Part shown: positions 15,760-30,689 of the stretch, piece after piece
Layout: every line of letters starts with the position of its first letter
Position numbering within the stretch: position 1 is the stretch's first letter
Assembly (NCBI GenBank): GCA_964016885.1
Contig: OZ024757.1
Location: 36,332,001 to 36,396,000, forward strand
Length of the DNA: 64,000 nt
Source: Eledone cirrhosa
Lineage: Eukaryota
Direction: 5' to 3'
Notes under the pieces: generated by a model
Databases searched by the model: none
What the model saw: the letters and a program-made list of their open reading frames with translations, nothing else
Told to the model about the DNA's origin: nothing
Position numbers and translations under genes: made by a program

Positions 15760-17497
15760 AAAGGAGGCCCGGAAATGTCATTATGAGAGACTGATGAATG
15801 TGGAGAACGAATGGGAGAGAGAGAAATTACCCCAGTAGACCCGACAGAGGAACCAGCTATTGAGATTGACGAATATAGGGTACAGGAGTCAATTAAGGAA
15901 ATGGGGAATGGTAAGGCTGCTGGACCGTCGGGGATAGTTGCTGAGACTCTGAAGGCATCAGGGGAAGTAGGAACTAAGCTAGTTGCATGCATCATCAATC
16001 AGGCTATATATGGTGGTGTCATACCCAAAGGCTGGTGCAGCAGTATTCTCATAAATTGCTACAAAGGTAAAGGGGATGCTCTGGAGAGGAGCAATTATAG
16101 GGGCATAAAGCTGATGTATCAGGTTATGACAGTGCAGAGAGAATATTAGCGCCACTGATTAGAGAAAGGGGTCAAATTAGATGAGATGCAGTTTGGTTTT
16201 CTGCCTGAGAAAAGTACAACAGATGCCCTCTTCTTAGTGAGACAACTACAGGAGAGGTTCTTAGAGAAGAATAAGCCACTATACTTAGCTTTTGTTGACC
16301 TAGAGAAGGCCTTTGATAGAGTACCTCAATCTGTCATCTGGTGGTCCCTAAGGAAACTAGGTGTAGAGGAATGGCTTGTGAGGACAGTGCAAGCTATGTA
16401 CAGAGGTGCTGTTAGTAAAGTGGGAGTATGAATGGAGTTTAGTGAGGAATTCCAGATACAAGTAGGTGTACATCAGGGTTAGGTCCTCAGCCCGCTCTTG
16501 TTCATTATAGTCCTCCAAGCCATAACAGAGGAGTTTAAGAGTGGATGCCCATGGGAACTTCTCTATGCTGCTGATCTGGTTCTTATAGCAGAATCAGTAG
16601 AGGAGCTAGAGAATAAATTCTGGCTATGGAAACAGCAGTTGGAATCTAGAGGACTGAGAGTGAACATAGCTAAGACAAAAGTGTTAAGTAGAAGAGAGGA
16701 CAATATTCTGATTCCATCGGGGAAATGGCCATGTTCGATATGTAGAAAAGGAACTGGCATAAATTCTATAAAATGTACGTAATGCAGATCTTGAGTACAC
16801 AAGAGATGTAGTGGGATAGCAGGCAAAAGTGGGCAGTAGTAATCGCAGTGATACACATTTTTCCAATGCAGGTGGGTTCTATAGAAGTGGTTGATAGCTT
16901 CCGGTACCTAGGTGATCAGATTAGCATGGGGGGGGGGGGGGGGGGGGTCCGAGGCCATAGTATCTAGAATAAGGACGGGTTGGAAGAAGTTTTGGGAGCT
17001 GCTTCCTCTGTTGACAAAGAAGGGTTTCTCCTTGCGTACGAAAGGATGGTTATATGATGCCTGTGTGAGATGCGTGATGCTGCATGGTAGTGAGACATGG
17101 CAGCAACTGCAAAGAATATGTGACGGCTGGAGAGAAATGAAGCAAGCATGCTCCTTTGGATGTGAAATGTCAATGTGCGTGAAAGACCAAGCATAGATGA
17201 GTATAGAAAGAAACTGGGTATAAGAGGGATAAGTTGTGGTGTGCAGGAGAGAAGACTGAGATGGTATGGACTTGTGATGCGCATGGAGGATGACTGCTGG
17301 GTAAAGAAGTGCCAAGAAATCCCAGTAGAAGGAAGACCACGAAAAACATGGGCGGAGCTGGTGAGAGCAGACCTCAGATCGCTGATACTCACGGAGGAGA
17401 TGACGAAGGACCGTGAGAAGTGGAGAGATGCTGTGTTGAATAGGACCCATCCCACCCTTGCAAGCAGGGAAAAGCGGACGTAAAATGATGATGATGA
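15760..17497 (+). mobile_element. 5'-truncated decayed RTE LINE (RT domain to 3' end with (GAT)n tail)
   Basis: NYRGIKL, QFGF, AFVDLEKAFDRVP, LYA(D/A)DLVL, RLRWYG motifs with stops and frameshifts. Confidence 0.95.
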
Positions 17498-18088
17498 TAT
17501 ATATATATAAAGTCAAAAGTAGAAGATATATGTATATATATATAGAGAGAGAGAGAAAGAACCATATATACAGAGAAAACACGGTATATTGTACATATGC
17601 TAAATACAAATTACAGAGAACACCATGTACTCAAGATGTAATCAAAAGTGACTTTATGGCACCATTCGTTAACTGTTGACTGTAATTTAAAATCGATCTA
17701 TGTGAAAGGTTATCAATCACAAACTATCAATTATTATTAAACCACAGCAAACTCGGAAAACTCATCAAGGGTGTTGTCTTTAGTATTCTAATGGAAATAT
17801 AGAACTGAAATAAATAGTATATAGAGGAATATACAGCAGATATCTGGAGAAAAGTTTGAGAGGCCACACCATATGGAAAACCCATGTGTGTGTGTGTATA
17901 TGTATGTATACGTATATATGTTTGCATATATATATGTATGTATATATAATAATAATAATATTATTTACAGTTATATGTACACTATATACAACTACAAACA
18001 GGAAAGGTCAGTAATTTATTACTACCGTATTACCAGTAAGAAAAATAGCTCAATGTAAATACATCAGATGTTTTACAGAGCAGGAATA

Positions 18089-19080
18089 TAAATTACACAA
18101 TAATCAAAGTTATGTTCAAATCATTTTATTGCTGACAATCGTTTCTTCCAAACTATCATTTGGAATCATCGGAGCAGTAGCAAAGTTTGGACATATAATT
18201 AACTTCCTATTCAACTGAACAATCATATAGATACATGGATATTAGTGTTGTCATCAACAGTTTCTTATTTACAGAGTGGAATGGATGTGACAGATTACAA
18301 GAGAATTGTATAATAATTAAAGAGGCGTTAAGGCAGAAAGGACACTAGCAGTACATATGCAAGCGTATAGAGACACAGTCCACGCTGTAATGTGACCGTG
18401 TAGGCAACACGGTAAAAACCTCCCAGTCCCACACTGTAAATGTGGTTGGTGTTAGGAAGGGCATCCAGCTGTAGAAAACCTGCCAGACAGTCCATGCTGC
18501 AATGTGGCTGTGTAGGCAACACGGTAAAAACCTCCCAGCCCCACACTGTAAATGTGGTTGGTGTTAGGAAGGGCATCCAACTGTAGAAAACCCGCCAGAC
18601 AGTCCTATGCGAGCAAGACAACCACTCTTGCCTCAAGTGGGAAAACTCCCGTCCAAACCCATGCAAGCATGGAACACGGACGTTAAACGATGATGATGAT
18701 GATGATAGAGAGTGCAAATGCATTAGGCATATACAGGACAGTTAGGTAGCAAACAAGCAATGGTACTAGGCATATATAATTACTGTATGGCAAAGGTATC
18801 ACATAAAATAACATAGATTTACAAGCATATCTGGCAAAGCTGTTTTTGTATTAAAACTATGAGTTTATCCACCATTCTGCCTCATGCCTCTTTAATTATT
18901 ATACAATTCTCTTGTAATCTGTCACATCCATTCCACTCTGTAAATAAGAAACTGTTGTTGACAACATTAATGTCCATGTATCTATATGATTTTTCAGTTG
19001 AATAGGAGGTTAATTATATGTCCAAACTTTGCTAGTGCTCCGATGATTTGAACATAGCTTTGATTATTGTGTAATTTATA
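18089..19080. repeat. Inverted repeat pair (18089-18326 and 18886-19080) of a hammerhead-bearing element, with an RTE/SINE tail inserted between
   Basis: Arms are reverse complements; the right arm lacks the segment between two atgatt microhomologies. Confidence 0.88.
18127..18179 (-). ncRNA. Minimal type I hammerhead motif with CCGAUGA core variant
   Basis: Minus strand: tactgct-CCGATGA-ttccaaa tgatag tttggaa-GAAAC gatt GTC-agcaata. Confidence 0.68.
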
Positions 19081-19214
19081 TGTATATATGTATATTTATT
19101 TATGTATGTATGTATATATATATGTAGGTATATGTATGTATGTGTATATACGTATGTATGTATATATACGTATGTATGTATATATATATATGTGGGGGGG
19201 GGGGCAATAGTTCA

Positions 19215-20020
19215 GGCGGCTTAGAACAAATGTCCTCCATAGTGTCAACATGGTCTCTTGTCTGGAAAGTCCTCAAGATCCAGCCAGCGAGTCGTCTGCA
19301 CATTGTCGCCACTTTCATGATGTGTGAGGAAAAAGATGCATTGTCGCCCAGGTCTCGTATCGATTCCGACCCGGGAATATCGGTCCCTCCTTGTACTTTA
19401 TTTGTGTTTGCAGGTTTATATTGTAGGGATTGGAATTTGCCAGCATTAAACTGCATGTTGCTGTCTTCCGCCCATTTGTATATGGCATCCAGATCTTGTT
19501 GTAAGCCGGGTTTTTGATTGCCAATGATACCTTAGTGTCATCAGCATAGCTAGTGAGGGATGTTGTATGTACTACAGAGCACATATCTGAAAGAGCCGCC
19601 AAAAACAGTACTGGTCCCAGGACTGTGCCTTGAGCCAACCCACTTGTTATTGATGTTTCCTTTGAGAGGGCGCCGTTTGCTGCGACTGTCTGGCTTCTGT
19701 CCTTTAAGAAGTCATGCAGCCACTCACCTACTTTTCCAGTTATGCCGAGTCCCTGTAGTTTGTGACATGTCATTCCATGGTCAACCTTGTCAAAGGCCTT
19801 CGCAAAGTCAAGATATATCATGTCCACATGTGCGCTGTCTAGCAGTTGTTTCAGTACCCAGTTGTAGTGATGTAGCAGCTGTGTAACGCAGCTTCTTCCT
19901 GGGCGAAAGCTATGCTGCGTGATAGTCAGGCGATCATTTTCCTCGAGGAAAGTGATCAGTTTCTTTCTGATGATTTGCTCCATGACCTTACTGATATGTA
20001 ATGTCAGGGAGACTGATCTA
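19215..20020 (-). mobile_element. CR1/L2-group LINE reverse transcriptase fragment, decayed
   Basis: [54 protein letters not shown]. Confidence 0.9.
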
Positions 20021-20038
20021 TATTTCTTTTTTTTTTAT

Positions 20039-20334
20039 GTATATATATATGTATATATGTATTTATGTATTATGATAATTTGTATATATGTATGTATATA
20101 TGTATATTTGTATATATGTATGCATATATATATAAATGTATGTATATATATATATTTGTATATATGTATGCATATATATATGTGTATATGTATGTATATA
20201 TATATATATGTATATATGTATGTATATCTATGTATATATATATATATGTGTATATATATATGTATGTATATATATATATATATATGTATGTATATATATA
20301 TATATATGTATGTATATATATATATATATGTATG

Positions 20335-20369
<35 letters not shown>

Positions 20370-20370
20370 G

Positions 20371-20413
<43 letters not shown>

Positions 20414-20452
20414 GTGTATATGTATATATATATGTATATGTATATATGTATG

Positions 20453-20485
<33 letters not shown>

Positions 20486-20634
20486 ATGTATATATATGTA
20501 TGTATATGTATATATATGTATGTATATGTATATATATATATATATGTATGTATATGTATATATATATATATATGTATATGTATGTATATATATATATATA
20601 TGTATGTATATGTATATATATATGTATATGTATG

Positions 20635-20665
<31 letters not shown>

Positions 20666-20736
20666 ATATATATATATATATATGTATGTATATATATATA
20701 TATATATATGTATGTATATATATATATATATATATG

Positions 20737-20777
<41 letters not shown>

Positions 20778-20984
20778 ATATATACTGTAAATGTGGTTGG
20801 TGTTAGGAAGGGCATCCAACTGTAGAAAACCTGCCAGACAGTCCTATGCGAGCAAGACAATCACTCTTGCCTCAAGTGGGACTACCCCCGTCCAAACCCA
20901 TGCAAGCGTGGAACACGGACGTTAAACGTTGATGATGATGATGATATGTATATATATATGTATGTATATATGTATGTATATATG

Positions 20985-21066
<82 letters not shown>

Positions 21067-21098
21067 TATGTATGTATGAATATATATATATATGTATG

Positions 21099-21132
<34 letters not shown>

Positions 21133-21232
21133 TGTATGTATGTATGTATATGTATGTATGTATATATATGTATGTATGAATATATATGTATGTATGAATA
21201 TATATGTATGTATGAATATATATGTATGTATG

Positions 21233-21265
<33 letters not shown>

Positions 21266-21280
21266 GAATATATATGTATG

Positions 21281-21341
<61 letters not shown>

Positions 21342-21444
21342 ATATATATGTATGTATGTATATGTATATGAATGTATATATATGTATATATGTATGTATG
21401 TGTATATATGTATATATATATATATGTATGTATGTGTATATATG

Positions 21445-21475
<31 letters not shown>

Positions 21476-21484
21476 GTATATATG

Positions 21485-21515
<31 letters not shown>

Positions 21516-21606
21516 ATATATATGTATGTATATATGTATGTATATGTATGTATATATATGTATGTATGTATATATATATATATATGTATGTATATATATA
21601 TGTATG

Positions 21607-21639
<33 letters not shown>

Positions 21640-21903
21640 ATATGTATGTATATATATGTGTGTATATGTATGTATATATATATATATATGTGTGTGTATA
21701 TGTATGTATATATATATATATATGTGTGTGTATATATATGTATGTATATATATATATGTGTATATGTATATATGTATGTATATGTATATATGTATGTATA
21801 TATATATATAAATATGTGTATATGTATATATGTATGTATATATATATATATGTGTGTGTATGTATATATATATATATATAAATATGTGTATATGTATATA
21901 TGT

Positions 21904-21941
<38 letters not shown>

Positions 21942-22654
21942 ATGTATATATATGTGTGTATATGTATATATGTATGTATATATATATGTGTGTGTATGTA
22001 TATATGTGTGTATATATATATATATGTATATATATATGTATGTATATATATATGTATGTGTATATATATGTGTATATATATATATGTATGTGTATATATA
22101 TATATGTATGTATATATATATGTATGTATATATATATGTGTGTATATATATGTATGTATATATATATGTGTATATATATATGTATGTATATATATATATA
22201 TATATGTGTGTATATATATATATATGTGTGTATATATATATGTGTGTATATATATATGTGTGTATATATATATGTGTGTATATATATATATGTGTGTATA
22301 TATATATATGTGTGTATATATATATGTGTGTATATATATATATGTGTGTGTATATATATATGTGTGTATATATATATGTGTGTATATATATGTATGTATA
22401 TATATATGTGCGTGTATATATATGTATATATATATATATATGTGTATATATATATATGTATGTATATATATATGTATGTATATATATATATATATGTGTG
22501 TATATATATGTATATATATATATATATATGTGTATATATGTATATGTATGTGTATGTATATATATATGTATGTATATATGTATGTATGTATATATATATA
22601 TATGTATGTATATATATATGTATGCATATATATATATATATGTGTGTATATATA

Positions 22655-22693
<39 letters not shown>

Positions 22694-24740
22694 ATATATA
22701 TGTATGTAAATATATGTGTATGTATATATTGTATGTATATATATGTGTATGTATATATATATGTGTATGTATATATATATGTATATATGTGTATGTATAT
22801 ATATATATGTATGTGTATATATATGTATGTGTATATATTATGTATATGTGTATATATATGTATGTGTATATATTATGTATATATGTATGTGTATATATAT
22901 GTATGTGTATATATTATGTATATGTGTATATATATGTGTGTATATATTATGTATATATGTATAGATATATATATGTATATATGTATAGATATATATATGT
23001 ATATATATATATGTATAGATATATATATGTATAGATATGTATATATGTATAGATATGTATATATGTATAGATATGTATATATGTATAGATATGTATATAT
23101 GTATAGATATGTATATGTATAGATATATATATATGTATAGATATATATATGTATATGTATATATGTATAGATATATATATGTATACGTATAGATATATAT
23201 ATGTATATGTATATATGTATAGATATGTATATGTATATATGTATAGATATGTATATATGTATAGATATGTATATATGTATAGATATGTATATATGTATAG
23301 ATATATATATATGTATAGATATATATATGTATAGATATGTATAGATATATATATGTATATATATATGTATAGATATATATGTATAGATATATATATGTAT
23401 AGATATATATGTATAGATATATATATGTATATATATGTATATGTATATATATGTATATATATATATATATGTATATATATGTATAGATATATATATATGT
23501 ATATATATGTATAGATATATATATATGTATATATATGTATAGATATATATATATGTATATATATGTATAGATATATATATATGTATATATATGTATAGAT
23601 ATATGTATATATATGTATAGATATATATATGTATATATATATGTATAGATATATATATGTATATATATATATGTATATATATATGTATAAATATATATAT
23701 GTATAGATATATATATGTATATATATATGTATAGATATATATATGTATATATATATATATGTATAGATATATATATGTATAGATATATATATGTATATAT
23801 GTATAGATATGTATATATGTATAGATATGTATATGTATAGATATGTATAGATATGTATATGTATAGATATGTATAGATATATATATGTATAGATATATAT
23901 ATGTATATATATATATGTATATATATATATGTATATATGTATAGATATATATATGTATAGATATATATATGTATATATATATATGTATATATATATATAT
24001 GTATATATGTATAGATATATATATGTATATGTATAGATATATATATCATCATCATCATCATCATTTCATTTTACGTCCACTTTTCCCTGCTTGCAAGGGT
24101 GGGACGGGAACTGATGCTGGCTTGATTTCTACAGCTGGATGCCCTTCCTAACACCAACCTCATTTACAGTGAGTGCTGGGTGCTTTTTTACCATGGCACC
24201 TCCACGTCCACTTTGCAGTGGAATGATAGGGACTGGGGTCCCTATCTCATTTCTACAGCTGAGTAAACTGGAGCAATGTGAAATAAAGTGTCTTGCTCAA
24301 GGAAACAACACATCACCCGGTCTGAGAATTGAACTCACAACCTTTCGATTGCAAGGCCAATGCTCTAACCACTAAGCCATGTATATATGTATAGATATGT
24401 ATATGTATATATGTATAGATATATATATGTATAGATATGTATAGATATATATATGTATATATATATGTATAGATATATATGTATAGATATATATATGTAT
24501 ATATATGTATATGTATGTATATGTATAGATATATATGTATAGATATATATATATGTATATATATGTATAGGTATATATATGTATATATATATGTATAGGT
24601 ATATATATGTATAGATATATATATTTATATATATATGTATAGATATATATATGTATATATATATGTATAGATATATATATGTATATATACATACATATAT
24701 ATACATGATGATGATGTATATATATATATGTATATATATG
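20039..24740. repeat. Compound AT-rich microsatellite field ((AT)n, (ATGT)n, (ATATGTATAG)n) interrupted by SINE pieces at 20785-20945 and 24047-24380
   Basis: Read directly. Confidence 0.96.
24047..24380 (-). mobile_element. tRNA-derived SINE, same family as 7215-7546
   Basis: Near-identical sequence. Confidence 0.88.
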
Positions 24741-25436
24741 TCTCTCCATCTTACTGGTCCATTCATATATCCGTATCATCGCCCAGAATCCCATCTTTGC
24801 TCTTTCTCAATGCTATTCTATAATTCTATCTGGTTGTTCTAAATAATCTTCTTGTATTTTAAAATCCCATTATTATGTTATATGCTTGTCCAATTATGCC
24901 CAAAATTCGACGATTTTATTTAAACCTTCTCACTAGCTACGTCTGATGTTTTATAACCTTCTCGTTTGTTTTTCTAAAATAACCGTCTCGTTTGTTTAAT
25001 TTTGGCCGAAAATTCTAGGATTTCTAAAATGGCGTTCCTTGCCCCTCCTAATCTTTATCCCCCCCCCCCCCCCCCCCGCGTATACGCGCCTACTGGTTCC
25101 CTCTCTCAATCACTTCCTTCTCTCACCAAATATAAAATAAACCTGTTACGAGGTACGAATCTCAGAATTTGTCAACTCTTATTAATTGTCAGACTACTCG
25201 CTCTCCTGTGAAATGTAATGTAAAATGCCATTTTTTTCTTGTCTCTCCATCTTCCCGGTCCATTCATATATCCGTATCATCGCCCAGAATCCAATCTTTG
25301 CTCTTTCTCAATGCTATTCTATAATTCTATCTGGTTGTTCTAAATAATCTTCTTGTATTTTAAAATCCCATTATTCGCTTATTACTGTTATATGCTTGTC
25401 CAATTATACCCAAAATTCGAGGATTTTATTTAAACC
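24740..25436. repeat. ~190-bp direct repeat (24740-24926 and 25241-25436)
   Basis: tctctccatctt...gattttatttaaacct present twice. Confidence 0.88.
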
Positions 25437-25506
25437 TCGCTATCTACCCCATACCCCTCCCACCCGCCCCACTCGCCACCATTATTATTTGGACCAATCA
25501 TAAGTC

Positions 25507-27270
25507 AGCGGCCTATGCTATCACTTCTTCTGGTTGCCTTTCGATATGGCTGGACTAAGGAATTCTGGAGAGTCTGAAAAATCTGGACACTCAGTGACAA
25601 TGCCAAAGATAAAGACAAATTCACCTCAAGCTGCCGGACGAAAAGGCAAGGACTCCTCCTCTTTATTTCGGCCAACATAACCCAAACCCCCTCCCCCCTC
25701 CCCGCGCCCCACCGTTCCCACCCACCAAACGCAGCCCAAAACTTCAGAGTTGGTACCATGAATGTAGGCACCTTAAAAGGTCACTCTAACGAGGTTGTAG
25801 AAATGTTGTTTACTCGAGAGAAGACTACGTTGGTACGGTCACGTGATGCGCATGAAAGATGACAGCTGTATAAAAAGTGCAGGGCGATAAAAATAGATGG
25901 TAGCCACGGAGTAGGTAGACCCAGAAAAATCTGGGACGACTTGATAAATTCCGACCTCACACACTTACACCTCTGAAAGACAATGTCACTGGACCGAGAT
26001 CTTTGGGGCTACACAGTAATACAGAAGACCCGCCTTGCCTAAGTACAAAGCGAGACCTACAATCAGTAGGCACCTCTAACAAAAATACACCCCCGTCCCA
26101 CTACCCCCACACCACCACCCCCACACCACCCCTTTCAATGTAAAGTTATGTTGGTACCACAACATCCAGTCCGAAACAAATGAGGTCGTGTAGGTGTCAC
26201 GACAAAAAAACACACAGTCCATGCTGTAATGTGGCCGTGTGGGTAACACGGTAAAAACCTCCCAGTCCACACTGGAAACGTGGTTGGTGTTAGGAAGGGC
26301 ATCCAGCCGTAGAAAACCCGCCGGACAGTTCTATGCGAGCAAGAGTTACCTACACAGCCACATTACAACGTGGACTGTGTGTTTTTTCTTGTCGTGACAC
26401 CTACACAACCTCATTTGTTTCGGGCTGGATGTTGTGGTACCAACATAACTTTACATTGAAAGGGGTGGTGTGGATGGGGTGGGGGTAGTGGGACGGGGGT
26501 GTATTTTGTTAGAGGTGCCTACTGACTGTAGTAGGTTTCACTTTGTACTTAGGTAAGGCGGGTCTTCTCTATTACTGTGTAGCGCCAAAGATCTCGGTCC
26601 AGTGACATTGTCTTGGAGAGGTGTAGGTGTGTGAGGTCGGAATTTATCAAGTCTTCCCAGGTTTTTCTGGGTCTGCCTACTCCGTGGCTACCGTCTATTT
26701 TTATTGCCCTGCACTTTTTTTTACAGCTGTCGTCTTTCATGCGCATCATGTGACCATACCAACGTAGTCTTCTCTCAAGTAAACAACATCTGATCCCTCT
26801 TATTTCTAATTTTTCCCTTAGTTCGTTTATGCTTTGCCGTTCACGTATATTACTATTACACATCCAGCGGAGCATGCAAGCTTCGTTCCTCTCCAGTCTG
26901 CGTAAATCCTCTGCACACAATGCCCAGGTCTCACTGTCATGTAACATTGCTGTTCGTATGCAGGCATCATACAGCCTGCCTTTCATTTTTAGGGAGAACC
27001 CTTTAGCGGCTAATAGTGGTATAAGCTCTCTGAACTTTTTCCATCCAGTTCTGACTCTAGCTACTGTACTTTCAGAGCACCCTCCCCCACTGCTGATTTT
27101 GTCACCCAGGTAACGGAAGCTGTCCACTATTTCTATAGAACCATCTGTGCAATGGAATGAGCTAGTATTCTGTGGGCACTTGCTGCTACTTATTGCACCT
27201 GAGCACCGGCCACATAAAATCTATGTTCTTAGTTAGCTTACCTGTGATCCCACTACATCTTTTATGCACC
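25507..27270. mobile_element. Two RTE LINE copies tail-to-tail: an internally deleted + copy (25507-26345) and a 3' fragment on - (26345-27270)
   Basis: RVGTMNVGTL endonuclease start jumps to RLRWYGH; minus ORF 26549..27127 is an RTE C-terminus; the 3' UTRs are reverse complements. Confidence 0.88.
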
Positions 27271-27389
27271 CATACTTATATATATGCACACACATATATA
27301 TATATACATACATCTATATATATACACATATATATTTATATACATACATACATACATATATCTATATATATACACATATATATATATAC

Positions 27390-28680
27390 ATATATATATA
27401 CATAAAGACTTAAGATCAGTTTATCCTGGGTTCAATCGGGGGGTAACCACAGTAAGTAAGGTACTCAATACAAAGCAGAGTATAAATCTGTAATATAGAA
27501 ATGGCTTCTACAAGACTAGAACTGTTTCATTCGGGAGAAATCATCAGGAAGCCGACTGTCCAAGTAATATGATGGTATGAAAAGTCATATACATATATAT
27601 CCACACATAGATATATATTTACAGATACGTGCAGTGTTCCGTATTGCAAGGCAGTGTGTCAGTGTAAATCAGGATGTTGTTGGAGATAAGTGTGTCCGAA
27701 ATGATGCTGGTGTACTTTGTGTCACTAATGATCAGAAAAAGTAGCCCTGGAAATGTCATTATGAGAGACTGATGAATGTTGAGAACGAATGGGAGAGAGA
27801 GAAACTACCCTCAGTAGACCCGACAGAGGGACCAGCTATTGAGATTGACGAATATAGGATCCAAGAGGTAATTAAGGAAATGAAAAATGGTAAGGCCGCT
27901 GGACCGCCAGGGATAGTTGCTGAGATGCTAAAGGCATGAGAAGTAGGAACTAAGCTGGTTGCATGCATAGTCAATCAAGTTATATATGGTGGAGTCATAC
28001 CTAAAGACTGGTGCAGCAGTATTCTTATAAATTGTTACAAAGATAAAGGGGATGCTCTGGAGAGGAGCAATTATAGGGGCATAAAACTGATGGATCAGGT
28101 TATGAAAGTGACAGAGAGAATATTAGCACAACTGATTAGAGAAAGGGTCAACTTAGATGAGATGCAGTTTGGTTTTGTACCTGGGAAAAGTACAACAGAT
28201 GCCCTCTTCTTATTGAGATAACTACAGGAGAGGTTCTTAGAGAAGAATAAGCCACTATACTTAGCTTTTGTTGACCTAGAGAAGGCCTTTGATAGAGTAC
28301 CCCGATCTGTCATCTGATGGTCTCTAAGGAAACTAGGTGTAGAGGAATGGCTTGTGAGTACAATGCAAGTTGTGTACAGAAGAGCTGTCAGTAAAGTGAG
28401 AGTAGGAATGGAGTTTAGTGAGGAATTCCAGATACAAGTAGGGGTTCATCAGGGTTCATTCCTCAGCCCACTCTTATTCATTATAGTTTTTCCAAGACAT
28501 AACAGTGGAGTTAAAAACTGACCTCTCTAAGACAATGTCACTGGATAGAGATCCTTGGTGCTATGCAGTTGTATTGAAGACATGTCTTCCCTTGCATACA
28601 AACCTACAGTCAGTAGGCACTCTTAACCCAATATACACCCTAGCCCACACACCCTACCCTATCCTCCCATTACCGTTTAC
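27390..28680 (+). mobile_element. Chimeric element: hammerhead-bearing segment (antisense) fused to a decayed RTE ORF2 fragment
   Basis: Junction acagatac/gtgcagtgttccg at ~27629; the same junction recurs at ~40140 on the minus strand. Confidence 0.85.
27503..27553 (-). ncRNA. Type I hammerhead motif with canonical core
   Basis: Minus strand: ggcttc-CTGATGA-tttc tccc gaat-GAAA cag ttctagtc ttg TA-gaagcc; 6-bp stem I, GUA cleavage triplet, weak stem II. Confidence 0.78.
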
Positions 28681-29155
28681 TGTGTCGGTGATACAACAAA
28701 AAGCACCCAGTCCACACTGTAAAGTGGTCGTATAGGAGACATGTGAAAAGGGCTCACAAAACAAATTAGACCCATTCAGATAGAACAAACAACCAACTAG
28801 TGACAAATAAATAAACACAAATAAATAAATAAATAAACATATAAATAAATAAATAAATAAAAACACACACACACACACCCGGATGTAACGCATGCACATA
28901 CTAAGCACACAACACACAAAAACAAGATGGTGTAGCACAGAAGAAAGGAGAGACACACAAAATAGAACCTTAGTCTCAGGAGGTTACAGCACGTGTGACG
29001 AAAGAGCTTTGGCAATATATAAACAACCTTCCGATTATCGAACCAATCAACCAACCGGAAATTTATAATAAATTGAAGTGAAAACCAACAGGTGTGTGTG
29101 TGCTTTTATTGGCAGCATGACCCTCCCAAAATATAACCGTGTGTGTGTATATATA

Positions 29156-29702
29156 TCTATATACATAAATGGCAATTTCTGTCTGTTTGTGTGTGTGTTT
29201 GTTGGTAGATTTGTTTGTGAACCTAAAACTCAAAAACTACCAAACCGATCTTGAAGAAACTTGACACATGTGTGGGGCTCATGCCCATTTGATTTCTTAA
29301 GTACTTTGATGTTTTAAAAAATCGATAATTTCCAGTCTGCATCAATTTTTTTTTTTTTTTTTTAAATGAATAGGAAATTTGTATGCAAATGCTCATGAAT
29401 GTTATTTTCTGCCATAACTTTTAAAGCTCTCCACAGATTTCCTTCAAACTTGAAACACAGACAGATTATGTGCTAAGGATGGCTTTTTTGCTAAAGAAAA
29501 TTATCCATACCACTCGAGCAAAGCCTAAGCTGATTTTTGATTAACTGATGAGCGAAATTTGGCTTCAGCTGTTGTGGACTTAAAATGTTCTCCATAAATC
29601 AACTTAATATTCTCTGCTTGCTGTAACATTTATTTTGGGTGTGAGCGGCATTGGGAACTGGGAATACCTCCACTCTCGGGTATTACCGGGTACCTCAGCT
29701 AG
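29156..29702 (+). mobile_element. Non-autonomous Helitron
   Basis: 5' TC, subterminal gtctgtttgt microsatellite, 3' hairpin ctcgggtattaccggg then CTAG, inserted between A and T. Confidence 0.75.
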
Positions 29703-30104
29703 TATCATATATAAGTGTGTGTATATATACTATACATATACTAAGTTTTACTATATTCATTTTACACACTATAGTATAGTATATATGTACTATAGTATAG
29801 TATATATGTACTATAGATATATAGTAAAGGTTCTACTATAGACATCTTCTTATCCCGTTATAATCCAATGTTATATGAGAGTGTATAAGTAGGTGACATA
29901 CTGATATAGTGATCCTTCACTTTTCTAGTGTACTCCGCCCAACCTGGGCTTCAATACTACAATCTCGGTAAGTCGTTAAACAATAGTTCTACTTCTAAGC
30001 ACTGTTGCCATGCTGCATGTTGGAGTTTACATCATCCTTACCATTTAATTAGTGTTTATTTTTAACCAGTTTGTGTTTGGTTTGTTGTTTTTGTTATGAT
30101 ATGG

Positions 30105-30545
30105 GCAGTAAGTTGGCAGAGGCATTAGTGTGTCAGACAAATGTGTAGCAGTATTTGTTCGGGCTCTTTACCTTTTGAGTCCAAAGCCTGCTAAGGTTAG
30201 CTTTGCCTTTCATCCTTTCAGGGTCGATAAAATAAAGTACCAGTACTGCACTGGGGTCAATTCAATCGACTTTCCTTTTCCCAAAATTGTTGGCTTTGTG
30301 CTTTAATCCAAAATCATTATTCCTTTCTTATAATGTGGTGGATTGTCAGAATTGGTAGAGCATCAGCCTACTGTTCTCTTTATCATCTGTGTTCAAAACC
30401 AGCCGAGGCCAACTTTGCCATTTGTTGTTTCAGTATTGATAAAATAAAGTACCAGTCAAATACTGGGGTTGATTTAACCCCCCACTCCCCATTGCCCGAC
30501 TGAAAAGATTGCTGGCCTTGTGCTTAAATTAGAAATGATTATTAT
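30105..30545 (+). mobile_element. Two decayed copies of a second tRNA-derived SINE family (further copies ~47030-47170 -, 47520-47665 -, 48085-48275 +, 49325-49512 -, 56590-56780 +)
   Basis: Shared gagttcaaatcccgccgaggttaactttgcctttcatcc...gataaaataaagtaccagt body. Confidence 0.8.
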
Positions 30546-30689
30546 TACAACTATTGTCGTTATTAATGATACTATTAATACTACCACCACCACTACTACT
30601 ACCACCACTACTAACACTACTAACATTAATCTTAGTTTGTTGTTAGATGTCTTGTTTTGTTACATGCTTTTACTATGACTGCAGGGCTC

